From Cyanobium sp. (GTDB taxonomy: Bacteria > Cyanobacteriota > Cyanobacteriia > PCC-6307 > Cyanobiaceae): a DNA stretch of 64,000 bases. The translations under genes and the position numbers were made by a program. Each line of letters opens with the position of its first letter. Position 1 is the first letter of the stretch. Below the pieces are notes generated by a model. It had not been told where the DNA came from, made no database searches, and worked only from the letters and a program-made list of their open reading frames with translations. The stretch is taken from positions 10,028 to 74,027 of the forward strand of contig JBIKKX010000006.1 of the NCBI GenBank assembly GCA_044360135.1. The letters run 5' to 3'. Shown in pieces: positions 1-8,838 of the stretch.

Positions 1-1
1 G

Positions 2-1111
2 GACGTTATCTTGCAGTCTTCACCGGTCGAACCACTGGCGACCAGCCTTGCAGACCTCAAGCGAAGTGTGCATGCTCTTGTTGAATCCAATCATCAGCTC
101 AGCCAGCAGCTCGTTACCCTTAAGCAGAGCTATGCCGAGATTGAATCCTCCCTGCAGAGCTCAAAACTTCAGAATGCATCGCTTGAGTCTGAGCGTGATT
201 CGCTGGCGGCAGCTGTGCAGATCCTCACCGACGACAAGGATCAATTCCAGCTCGAACAAGCTCGCCTCAGCGAGCTTCAGGCAAGCCAGCAGAATGATCT
301 CGAGCTCTGCAGCCGCGAGCGGGCGGAACTTCAGGCCGATCGCGCTGCCCTACAGACGAAGCTCGACGAGCAGGAGACCGTCGCTGAAAAAATGAGAACG
401 GCGATCCAGAACCTATTCCCCCATGAACACTACCGCACCCTCCATCCCGACTTGAGTCAGGCTTCGCCCGAGGATCTGACCCGCCATTTTCGTGATGTCG
501 GCCAATATCTCGATACCCCTCCCTATAGCCAGCTCTTGCTGGACGGAATCTCGGCACTGGCTCAACAGCGCGATCACTATGCATCGCTTCTCGCTGAGCG
601 TGATTCGCTGGCGGCAGCTGTGCAGATCCTCACCGACGACAAGGATCAATTCCAGCTCGAACAAGCTCGCCTCAGCGAGCTTCAGGCAAGCCAGCAGAAT
701 GATCTCGAGCTCTGCAGCCGCGAGCGGGCGGAACTTCAGGCCGATCGCGCTGCCCTACAGACGAAGCTCGACGAGCAGGAGACCGTCGCTGAAAAAATGA
801 GAACAGCGATTCAGAACCTATTCCCCCATGAACACTACCGCACCCTCCATCCAGACTTGAGTCAGGCTTCGCCCGAGGATCTGACCCGTCATTTTCTTGA
901 TGTCGGCCAATATCTCGATACCCCTCCCTATAGCCAGCTCTTGCTGGACGGAATCTCGGCACTGGCTCAGCAACGCGATCAATCCATGGCCAAGCTCAGT
1001 GTGCTTGAGGCCAACTTTGAACACATGGCCACTGAGATCGCGACCTTCAAAGACTTGTTTGCGCGTCTGATCAGCAAAGCTGCGGCGCCTGCGCTGGCAT
1101 CCGCTCCATGA
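2..1111 (+). CDS. coiled-coil protein with an internal 135-aa tandem duplication (5' end probably outside the window)
   Basis: The frame is open back to the window edge, and the track start at 11 is a TTG. The sequence is heptad-like and rich in Q/E/L/A. Two near-identical 135-aa blocks run from SLAAAVQILTDDKDQFQLEQARLSELQ to DTPPYSQLLLDGISALAQQRD. The stop overlaps the next gene's start (ATGA at 1108-1111). Confidence 0.6.
   Translation, partial: DVILQSSPVEPLATSLADLKRSVHALVESNHQLSQQLVTLKQSYAEIESSLQSSKLQNASLESERDSLAAAVQILTDDKDQFQLEQARLSELQASQQNDLELCSRERAELQADRAALQTKLDEQETVAEKMRTAIQNLFPHEHYRTLHPDLSQASPEDLTRHFRDVGQYLDTPPYSQLLLDGISALAQQRDHYASLLAERDSLAAAVQILTDDKDQFQLEQARLSELQASQQNDLELCSRERAELQADRAALQTKLDEQETVAEKMRTAIQNLFPHEHYRTLHPDLSQASPEDLTRHFLDVGQYLDTPPYSQLLLDGISALAQQRDQSMAKLSVLEANFEHMATEIATFKDLFARLISKAAAPALASAP
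174..983. repeat. direct tandem duplication, 2 x 405 bp, only about 7 mismatches seen
   Basis: atgcatcgctt...gagcgtgattcgctggcggcagctgtgcag starts at 174 and again at 579, a 405-bp period that keeps the frame. Differences are isolated single bases, for example gaacGgcgatC versus gaacAgcgatT. Confidence 0.9.
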
Positions 1112-2424
1112 CCGCGATCCTGGACCTGGTCACTGCTGCCCGTTGGCGGGCCCTGGGTCAGCTGGCCGATCAGCAGACCTGGCCGGATGGGGCCCCTCTG
1201 GATCAGAGCAGCAAGCTCTGCCTCGACTACCTACGCGTTCCTCCCTACGAGGCCAATACGTCAATGCCCAGCCTGCAGAGCTTGGCTGCGGTCGATCTGC
1301 TGGCTGCCGCTTCCCTGTCGCTTTACAGGATCAGTCTTTGCGCGGTCTATCGGCACATTGCCTGTTGCGATCTTTCCTCGGCCAGGGATCAGGCCTTGGC
1401 GGCGGTGATTGTTCTGCATGATGGTCTGCGGCGCCTAGGACTTGTATCCACCGCTCTGGAGCAGGACACCCTCGCCCTGTCCCATCGCCTGGTCAACTGT
1501 TTGGCCAGCCAACATGATCTTCAGGATGCTCTGATCCGGCAGCGATTCTCCTCTCGCCTGGTTTTTGTGCTGGGCATGCATCGCAGCGGAACCTCTGCCC
1601 TTTCAGGCCTGCTCGCGCAGGCTGGACTTTCGGCACCAGCTGATCCGATGCCTCCAACCCCGGCCAATCCCAAGGGCTACTGGGAGTCCTTGGCAATCTT
1701 TAAAGCCAATGAGCAACTCTTGGCCCGTGTCGATCATCGCTGGAGTTCATCTTCGCCTTTGGCTTTAGACTGGACTTACAGCGATGTTGCACGGGAGTGG
1801 CGGTCCAGCCTGATCGATGCGCTCGCCATCTCGTTTGCTGATGCTGATCTTCCCGTCATCAAGGATCCACGTTTCTGTTTGCTGTTGGCTGGCCTCGATC
1901 CCTGGTTTCAGTCTGGCTTGATTGAATTTGTGTTTCTGATTCCCCTACGCCATCCATTTGAAGTCGCCAATTCTCTTCATCAAGCCGAACAGCTTGGCGC
2001 TGTGGAAGCTCTCAAGCTTTGGTCCGAATCGGTTTTTTTAGCAGAGCATTCAACGCAAGGCTACCCCAGGCTCTATCTAGGATTTGATGCCATCATCAAC
2101 ACTCCCCATCGGGTTCTCGACGCCTGCATGGAGTTCATGGCGGCCTCGCTACCTGGATGCCGTCTGCCTGATCGACGCGATCTGAGCGGGGCGCCCGACG
2201 TCGACGATGCTGTCGCCACCTTCATCACCCCAAGCCTGAGGCGTCAGCAGCCTGTCTTGGACCAGAGTCTGGTGCCAGCCGCCAGCCCGAACGCTTCGCT
2301 GTCGCGCCTGGCTGACTTCACCGAGGCCACCTATGCGGCGTTGCTTGCCGCCATCCACGATCCTGGGGAGGTCTCGCGCGTCCTGGCCGATTTGCGCCCC
2401 GAGCTGATTTACGCCCTGCTGTAG
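1108..2424 (+). CDS. sulfotransferase-family protein with an N-terminal extension of unknown function
   Basis: VFVLGMHRSGTSALSGLL matches the PAPS-binding 5'-PSB loop (hRSGTS) of bacterial sulfotransferases. It appears translationally coupled to the upstream gene. Confidence 0.7.
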   Translation: MTAILDLVTAARWRALGQLADQQTWPDGAPLDQSSKLCLDYLRVPPYEANTSMPSLQSLAAVDLLAAASLSLYRISLCAVYRHIACCDLSSARDQALAAVIVLHDGLRRLGLVSTALEQDTLALSHRLVNCLASQHDLQDALIRQRFSSRLVFVLGMHRSGTSALSGLLAQAGLSAPADPMPPTPANPKGYWESLAIFKANEQLLARVDHRWSSSSPLALDWTYSDVAREWRSSLIDALAISFADADLPVIKDPRFCLLLAGLDPWFQSGLIEFVFLIPLRHPFEVANSLHQAEQLGAVEALKLWSESVFLAEHSTQGYPRLYLGFDAIINTPHRVLDACMEFMAASLPGCRLPDRRDLSGAPDVDDAVATFITPSLRRQQPVLDQSLVPAASPNASLSRLADFTEATYAALLAAIHDPGEVSRVLADLRPELIYALL

Positions 2425-2844
2425 CCAGTCACGGCCGTGCTTCGCCTGCCGTGGGACCACTTAGCCAGAGATGTCCGGCGGCTCCAGGGAATACCACCAT
2501 GTGCTGTGCATCACATGCACACAACATGCACGGGAAGTCGTGGATGGCTGGCCTGCGGAATCATGGCCTGCGGGAAGGATTTCTGTTTTGGGGCGTCAAC
2601 ACTCAATAGATCCGACCAGTTCTGGCTTCCCACGCTTCCAAGGGCCCCTTTGCGCCAGGAGCGACTTGTCCAGCCCAGTCCACCACTGATCGGACGGCGC
2701 AGCAGCAGCCCGATTGAAGCATAAGCAGGGCCGCTCGTTTTCGGCCCAATGTTGACCATTGCTTATGAATTGGGCTTGGCGGGTGCATCCATTGTCACTT
2801 CCTGGGCAGGTGGCTAAGATCCCAGGACATTCAATTTTCGATTG

Positions 2845-3504
2845 ATGACTTCTCTCCTGAGCGGCCTCGGGCTAGCGGCGGTGGGCGCGACAGTGTCCGT
2901 TTTGGCTGCGATGCCTGCCCAGGCCATCACGTTCGACTTCACAGGCGCGGAAACATCGGGCGGAACCGCTTCTAAGTCCTACACGCAAAGCGGCATTACC
3001 CTCACCTTCACGCCATCAGCCGGTTCTGCGATGGCCAATGTGGCTCAGTCCGCAAATGGACTTTGTCTTTATGCCAATGCTGATACAGCAACTCCACGTT
3101 GTGGCGTGCCGGAGACACCCACATCTTCCGGTACCTACAACTTGATCAAAATGACCACCAACACAGCGATCAAGCTGACGGCTTTCAACATCAAGCAAAT
3201 CATGCTTGGTACCGGTGGCAGCGTGGGTAACATCTTCGTCAAAGATGCTTACACCGGCGGCAACACGCTCTCCACCATCAACACAAGCGCTATCGGAGCC
3301 GGTACCTTCAGTCCTGATTTCACCATCGCCGCTGGTAGCTCGATCTATTTCGATGGCTCAGGTTCCCTGGGTTCCGTTCGCTTTGAAAGCTTCACAGTTG
3401 ACCCCGTCCCCACCCCAGGTCCTCTGCCCCTGGCAGGTGGCGTGATCGCTTTTGGCTGGGGTAGAAAAATCAGAAATCGCATCAAGTTTTCTGCCGATAG
3501 CTGA
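2845..3504 (+). CDS. secreted protein with a PEP-CTERM-like C-terminal sorting signal
   Basis: N-terminal signal peptide MTSLLSGLGLAAVGATVSVLAAMPAQA. The C-terminus VDPVPTPGPLPLAGGVIAFGWGRKIRNRIK shows a P-x-P motif, a hydrophobic helix and a basic cluster, which is the PEP-CTERM architecture. An exosortase gene lies at 57961-58875. Confidence 0.55.
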   Translation: MTSLLSGLGLAAVGATVSVLAAMPAQAITFDFTGAETSGGTASKSYTQSGITLTFTPSAGSAMANVAQSANGLCLYANADTATPRCGVPETPTSSGTYNLIKMTTNTAIKLTAFNIKQIMLGTGGSVGNIFVKDAYTGGNTLSTINTSAIGAGTFSPDFTIAAGSSIYFDGSGSLGSVRFESFTVDPVPTPGPLPLAGGVIAFGWGRKIRNRIKFSADS

Positions 3505-3641
3505 CCCATTCAAGGCTGACCGTGGCACTCTCGCCAGGACCATCAGTTCTGGAGGGAGTGTCACTATTCAGTCCTCGCGATTTCAACGCTATGCTGTCAT
3601 TGAGTTGCTTTCAGCTCATGGCAGCTTTTTGTTTTCTAAAG

Positions 3642-4565
3642 ATGTTTAGGGTTCTCTTTCATCGCGATTATCAAGGCTTTACTGGCGGCCACCTCAAGCT
3701 TGCAGACTATGTTCGACACGTGGATGCATCCTCTTTCTGTCAAGCGCAGATCCATGTCACGCCAGCAAGTAGCCGCGATCATCTTTGGATCGATCATCCT
3801 CGCTTGATTTCGAGCTATGATCCTTTGAATGCAGATCTGCTTTTTATTGCGGGTCTCGATTGGTTGGCTTTGCAAGATTATAACGGCATTGAAGCTGCAA
3901 AGCCCGTCATCAATCTCGTGCAGGGATTGCGTCATGCTGATCCAGATCATCTCTTGTTCTCCTTCCTTGAGAAAAGGGCGGTCCGCATTTGTGTGAGCGA
4001 TGAGGTCGCGGCGGCGCTTTCAAGCACAGGCAAGTGTAATGGTCCAATCCATACAATCACGAACTGCATTGATCACGCTTTGCTTCCTGCCGACAAGCAC
4101 TATCTGGCTTCCAAGGTCGTGATTTTAGGTGTCAAACAGCCAGAACTCGCCCGGCAACTTGAGCAGTCGCTTGGCGAGCATGATTTGGCACCGCTCTGCA
4201 TCACAACCCCTTTGCCGCGCCAAACGCTGCTGGAGATCAGCCGCGATGCCCATGTGATCGTGACACTGCCGACAGCCTCGGAGGGTTTTTACTTGCCGGC
4301 CTTGGAAGCGATGGCGATGCGGCGAGCCGTGGTCTGCACGGATTGCATTGGCAATCGTGGCTTCTGCCGTGATGATGACACCTGTCTGATGCCGGCCAAT
4401 GATCTCAGCAGTCTGACCGCTGCGGTGTTGCGCCTCCTGCGGGACGAGCAGCTGGTCAGCCGGCTTCAGGATCGGGGCTATGCCCAGAGCCTCCAGCATC
4501 GGATCGAGCAGGAACGCCAACAGTTTCAAGCTCTTTTGGCTGATATCGTAACCAGTGTGACTTGA
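3642..4565 (+). CDS. glycosyltransferase, GT1/GT4-type (GT-B fold)
   Basis: The C-terminal motif EGFYLPALEAMAMRRAVVCTDCIGNRGF matches the E-x7-E / EAMA signature of GT4 enzymes. The ATG at 3642 (MFRVLFHRDY) is preferred over the longer track ORF starting at 3522. Confidence 0.75.
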   Translation: MFRVLFHRDYQGFTGGHLKLADYVRHVDASSFCQAQIHVTPASSRDHLWIDHPRLISSYDPLNADLLFIAGLDWLALQDYNGIEAAKPVINLVQGLRHADPDHLLFSFLEKRAVRICVSDEVAAALSSTGKCNGPIHTITNCIDHALLPADKHYLASKVVILGVKQPELARQLEQSLGEHDLAPLCITTPLPRQTLLEISRDAHVIVTLPTASEGFYLPALEAMAMRRAVVCTDCIGNRGFCRDDDTCLMPANDLSSLTAAVLRLLRDEQLVSRLQDRGYAQSLQHRIEQERQQFQALLADIVTSVT

Positions 4566-4569
4566 TGGC

Positions 4570-5418
4570 ATGACAACCATGCGCAATGCACTGATTACGG
4601 GGCTGCCGCGGTCTGGCACATTCCTGGTCTGCAGTCTTCTCAATACGCTGCCCAATAGCGTGGCCCTGGCAGAACCGATGGATGTCTCGCAATTCAGTGC
4701 TAGCAGCGAAGAGCATAATCTTCGCTTGATTGACGATTTCTTTGCCGACCAGAGACGGCGTATCCTGACGGAAGCCACCGCGGCTGGTCAGTGCGTGGCT
4801 GGGCGCACACCCACGAATCCCGTTGGTGATGATTTGGTCGATGGTGTGCGCTCCTATGTGCTCGATGGATCGGCCATGGTGGTCGATAATCTGGATGGCC
4901 CTGGCTTTGATCTCTACATCAAGCATCCAGTTATCTTTACGGCGCTTCTCCCCTGGCTGGCGCAGCATTTCGCTTGTCTTGCCATGATCCGTAATCCCCT
5001 GGCCGTGCTGATGTCGTGGTCGGTGGCGCCGATGCCTGTCCGGCAGGGGCGAGCGCCTGCCGCGGAGCGGATGGATCCCGCCCTCGCCGCCCAACTCGAT
5101 GCGGAACCTGATCTGCTGGCAAGACAGATTCTGCTGCTCGACTGCTTTTTCAGCCGCTACGCCGCATCGCCTGCGATCCAGATCATCCGCTATGAGGATC
5201 TGATCGCCTCATCGGGCCGTGCCCTTGCCGCATTCACGCCCTCGGCGGCCTCTCTGGACGTGCCCCTGCATACCCGCAACAGCCTGGAAATCAAGCGCAA
5301 CCCCAAGGCGCCATGGATCGCCGAACGGCTTCTGAACAGTGACATCGCCTGCTGGCAGTTCTATTCACGTGCAGAGGTTGCGGCGCTGCTCGACCACGCC
5401 CTTGCCGGGCCCGCTTGA
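4570..5418 (+). CDS. sulfotransferase-family protein
   Basis: ALITGLPRSGTFLVCSLL is a PAPS-binding-loop-like motif near the N-terminus. The size (282 aa) and the neighbouring glycan-modification genes fit this call. Confidence 0.6.
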   Translation: MTTMRNALITGLPRSGTFLVCSLLNTLPNSVALAEPMDVSQFSASSEEHNLRLIDDFFADQRRRILTEATAAGQCVAGRTPTNPVGDDLVDGVRSYVLDGSAMVVDNLDGPGFDLYIKHPVIFTALLPWLAQHFACLAMIRNPLAVLMSWSVAPMPVRQGRAPAAERMDPALAAQLDAEPDLLARQILLLDCFFSRYAASPAIQIIRYEDLIASSGRALAAFTPSAASLDVPLHTRNSLEIKRNPKAPWIAERLLNSDIACWQFYSRAEVAALLDHALAGPA

Positions 5419-5445
5419 TCGCTTGGGCTCCCAGCCAGGGTGATC

Positions 5446-5456
5446 GGGGGGGGGGG
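5446..5456. repeat. G11 homopolymer, part of the palindrome GGGGCATGCCCC
   Basis: Counted directly: gatc + 11 G + catgcccc. It lies in the intergenic region between the sulfotransferase stop (5418) and the cas3 start. Confidence 0.95.
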
Positions 5457-5641
5457 CATGCCCCACGCCCCGCCGCATCAGCTGGTGGAGCCGGCCGTAG
5501 GCGAATCCACCGGGCATGAGCCCGGCTTGAAACAATTCAAGTTCTGCATCACAGGCACTTCCCCTCAGGCTGATGGCTTCCTGATGCGCTGACTTCTCCT
5601 CGGCCCATCGCTAGAGATGAGCTACCACCCCACCAGCTCAC

Positions 5642-7804
5642 TTGCACCCCGCCAGCACCTTTGAGGCTGCAGCCGGTTTCCCGCCGCTTCCGTTCCAGCT
5701 GGCCTGGATGGAGCAGGGCGAATCGGCGCCGATCCGCACCCTGGAGGCACCCACCGGCCTGGGCAAGACGCTCGCCACCCTGGTGGGCTGGCTGTGGGAT
5801 CGGCAGCAGCGGCCTGAAACCACGCCCCGGCGGCTGGTGTATCAGCTGCCCCTGCGCACCCTCACCGAGCAGATCGCGCTGGAGTGCCGGGCGGTGATGG
5901 TCCGGTTGGGGGTGACGATCCCGGTGCATGTGCTGCGCGGCGGCCAGATCGACAACGACTACATCGAGGACCTGGCGGCCGAGGCGGTGATCGTCGGCAC
6001 CCTGGATCAGGTGGTGAGCCGGCAGTTGATGCGCGGCTACTGCTGCACCCGCTGGAGCTGGCCGCGCCACTTCGCCGCTCTCAACACCGATGTGCGGGTG
6101 GTGGTGGATGAAACCCAGCTCCAGGGGGCGGCCGTGCGCACGGCCATCCGCCTGCAGCAGCTGCACCAGGAGCTGGGCGGGCCGGCGCCGCGGGAGTTGG
6201 TGCTCTGCTCCGCCACCCTTGATGCCGCGATCCTGCCGCCGGGCACCCCCCGCCATGGCCTCAGCGATGCCGACTACGCCCATCCCGTGGCGCTGCGCAA
6301 GGTGGGCCGCTCCAAGCCGCTCACCCTGGCGGGAGACCGCGATCCGGCGGCGCTGGTCAAGGACCATCACCAGGAGGGCAGCCTCACCCTGGTGGTGGTC
6401 AATCAGGTGCGTCGCGCCCAGGCGATCGTTGCCCAGCTGCAGGGCCTGCCAACCCTGCTGCTCCACTCCCGTTTCCGCCGGGCCGAACGGCAGGCGATCG
6501 AGGCTCAGCTGCGGGAGTTCCGCGGCGTGGTGGTCGCCACCCAGACCGTGGAGGCCGGGATCGATCTCGATGCCCGCCTGCTGATCACCGATCTCTGCCC
6601 CTGGGCGTCGTTCGTGCAGCGCTGCGGCCGGGTGGGCCGCAACAACACCTACGCCGATGCCGCCGTGATCGTGGTGGAACCGGCTCAGGAGTTGCCCTAC
6701 ACCAGCGCTGAACTCTCCGAAACCCGCCGCCGCCTTGACGGCCTGGACGATGCCTGCGTGCGCAATCTGATGGCGGTGGAGGCTCCGGTGCAGCGGGGTG
6801 AGGGGCAGCGGCTCACCGCTGAGACCTTCCACCAGCTGTTCGATACCCATCCGCTGGAGCAGGGCGACCTCGACATCAGCCCCTATCTGCGCGTGGGTGA
6901 GATGCGGGATGTGTCGCTGCTGTGGCGCCGGCAACCCGGGGCGGAAATGGCGGCGGCGGGCGATCCGGAGCTGTGCCAGGCGCCGCTGCGGGCCGTGCAA
7001 CGACGCTTTGACACGGTCTGGATCCCTCGCGGCGATGGCTGGGCGGAGATCCCAGCCGGGCAGCTGAGTGTGGGGTCCGTGGCGGCCGTTTCCTGCGAGG
7101 TCGGCGGCTACGACCCTGCGGTGGGCTGGCTGCCCGCCAGCACCATGGCCGTGCCTGAAATCCAGCCGCCTTCAGCGCTTGGCGCTGCAGAAGACCGCAG
7201 CAGCTTTGGCTCCTCCGTGGCCGTGACCCTGCCCCAGCACCTGGGCGACACCAGGGAGGAGGCCGCTGCCCTGTGCAGCGCCCTGGGCCTCAATACATCT
7301 CTGGCCGCTCAGCTGCAGCGGGCGGCCTGGCTGCACGACATCGGCAAGGCCCATCCTGTGTTTCAGGCCACGATGCGGGCCAACGGCTGCGGCGAGGGCC
7401 AATGGGCCAAGGCGCCCGGATGGGGCAGCCGCCACAGCCGGCCTGGTTTTCGCCATGAGCTGGCCTCTGCCCTGGCAGCCCTGGAGCTGGGGGAGGAACC
7501 GCTGGTGAGTTATCTGCTGATGAGCCACCACGGCAAGATCCGGCTCCAGCTGCAGCCCTTCCCCTGGGCGCGGGATGGACCGCTCCACGGCGTCGAAGCA
7601 GGAGAGACCCTCCCAGCCGTCGCTGGTGTGAGCGAAGCCGTGACCTTGCGGTTTCCGCCGTCCGGCCTGGGCAGGGGCTGGCGCCACCTCTGTGGGCGGT
7701 TGCTGCGGCAGCACGGCCCATTCGAGCTGGCCTGGCTGGAGGCGCTGATCCGCGAGGCCGATGGTCGCGCGTCCCGGCGCTGGCAGCTCCCCTCTCCCTG
7801 CTGA
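5642..7804 (+). CDS. cas3: CRISPR-associated helicase/nuclease Cas3, type I-G style with a C-terminal HD domain
   Basis: Helicase motif I LEAPTGLGKTLAT, motif II VVVDETQL, and motifs V/VI VVATQTVEAGIDLD and QRCGRVGR. The HD nuclease motifs lie at the C-terminal end: LPQHLGDT, WLHDIGKAHPVFQ, FRHELASALA and LLMSHHGKIR. The start is a TTG; the next in-frame ATG (5708) would cut off the conserved PLPFQLAW segment. Confidence 0.9.
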   Translation: MHPASTFEAAAGFPPLPFQLAWMEQGESAPIRTLEAPTGLGKTLATLVGWLWDRQQRPETTPRRLVYQLPLRTLTEQIALECRAVMVRLGVTIPVHVLRGGQIDNDYIEDLAAEAVIVGTLDQVVSRQLMRGYCCTRWSWPRHFAALNTDVRVVVDETQLQGAAVRTAIRLQQLHQELGGPAPRELVLCSATLDAAILPPGTPRHGLSDADYAHPVALRKVGRSKPLTLAGDRDPAALVKDHHQEGSLTLVVVNQVRRAQAIVAQLQGLPTLLLHSRFRRAERQAIEAQLREFRGVVVATQTVEAGIDLDARLLITDLCPWASFVQRCGRVGRNNTYADAAVIVVEPAQELPYTSAELSETRRRLDGLDDACVRNLMAVEAPVQRGEGQRLTAETFHQLFDTHPLEQGDLDISPYLRVGEMRDVSLLWRRQPGAEMAAAGDPELCQAPLRAVQRRFDTVWIPRGDGWAEIPAGQLSVGSVAAVSCEVGGYDPAVGWLPASTMAVPEIQPPSALGAAEDRSSFGSSVAVTLPQHLGDTREEAAALCSALGLNTSLAAQLQRAAWLHDIGKAHPVFQATMRANGCGEGQWAKAPGWGSRHSRPGFRHELASALAALELGEEPLVSYLLMSHHGKIRLQLQPFPWARDGPLHGVEAGETLPAVAGVSEAVTLRFPPSGLGRGWRHLCGRLLRQHGPFELAWLEALIREADGRASRRWQLPSPC

Positions 7805-7836
7805 AAGCTCGCTGAGAACCCTCCCCTCCCCCCGTC

Positions 7837-8838
7837 ATGCAACACAACCTCCGCCTGCGATCTGTTCTCCCCACCTTTGTTCCTGCGGGCTTCGTGGATG
7901 TGGGCCACAGCACCGTGCGCGATGCCCAGAGCGGTAAGACGCTGGTGATCGTGGATTCGGTGCAGTCGATCGCCAACCACCTGGAGGCCACGATCGTGGC
8001 GCAGCCGGGCCAGGCGATTGCCGGACTGGAGGCCATGCCCTACCTGCGGCTGACGATCACCGATCCCAAGGGCCGAACCCGAGTGACCAGCAGCCTGGAG
8101 CTGCCGCACCGGCTTGCTTCCGGCTGGTTTTGCCGCTCAGCCGATCTCAGGCCGTTTCAGCAGGAGCTGGCCAGGCAGATCCTCGATGACGGCATCGCCG
8201 CCGCAACCTTCCGCCACTGCCCCAACTCCTTGCTGCACGGCGTCTTCTACAGCCAGCTGGCGGGCCTCGATCCCAACGTGGCCAAGACCCCCCGCCTACT
8301 CACCGCTGAGGTGGTGGCGCGTGGTGCCCAGTCGGTGGCCGATGGCGGCGTGGCCAAGGATCCCCTCTTCCCCTCCGGCGATGGGTTCGATGTGGAGGGC
8401 CTGGTGGGCGAGAAGGCCACCGCGGCGGAGGTGGGCGCCGGCTTTATCCCGTTCCGCCACCAGGCTTTCATCGCTGAGGAGATCGAGCTGGCGGTGTACC
8501 TGGCGGAAGGGCGGATCGAGCGGTTGCCGCTGCCTGATCCAGCCCGGGAGGTGCTCTCGCTTCTGGCCCGCCTCAAACTGGCCCGGTTGCTGGCGGCACC
8601 GCTGGACTTACGGGCCCATTGCATCTTCCAGGCGGAGCAGGTGCCGGCGGAACTGAGCGATCCGGCGTCACTGCTGGCGGCGCTTCAGGAGAAGCTGGCC
8701 GCCTGCCGCAGCCTCGGACTGCTGGCCGAACCTGCGGTCACGGAGTTTGCCCTGACCCTCGGCGCCGCCAAGGAAAAAGGCAGGAAGGGCAAGGCTGGGG
8801 CAGCGGTGGCTGCGGCCGCTGCTGAGGAGGAGGGCTGA
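7837..8838 (+). CDS. csb1: type I-G Cas7 (Csb1 / GSU0053 family)
   Basis: FVPAGFVDVG and LVIVDSVQSIANHLE resemble the FQPTGFPDLG and LLVESxQSxANRLE signatures I recall for Csb1. Its position directly after an HD-C-terminal cas3 and before csb2 fits. Confidence 0.8.
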   Translation: MQHNLRLRSVLPTFVPAGFVDVGHSTVRDAQSGKTLVIVDSVQSIANHLEATIVAQPGQAIAGLEAMPYLRLTITDPKGRTRVTSSLELPHRLASGWFCRSADLRPFQQELARQILDDGIAAATFRHCPNSLLHGVFYSQLAGLDPNVAKTPRLLTAEVVARGAQSVADGGVAKDPLFPSGDGFDVEGLVGEKATAAEVGAGFIPFRHQAFIAEEIELAVYLAEGRIERLPLPDPAREVLSLLARLKLARLLAAPLDLRAHCIFQAEQVPAELSDPASLLAALQEKLAACRSLGLLAEPAVTEFALTLGAAKEKGRKGKAGAAVAAAAAEEEG

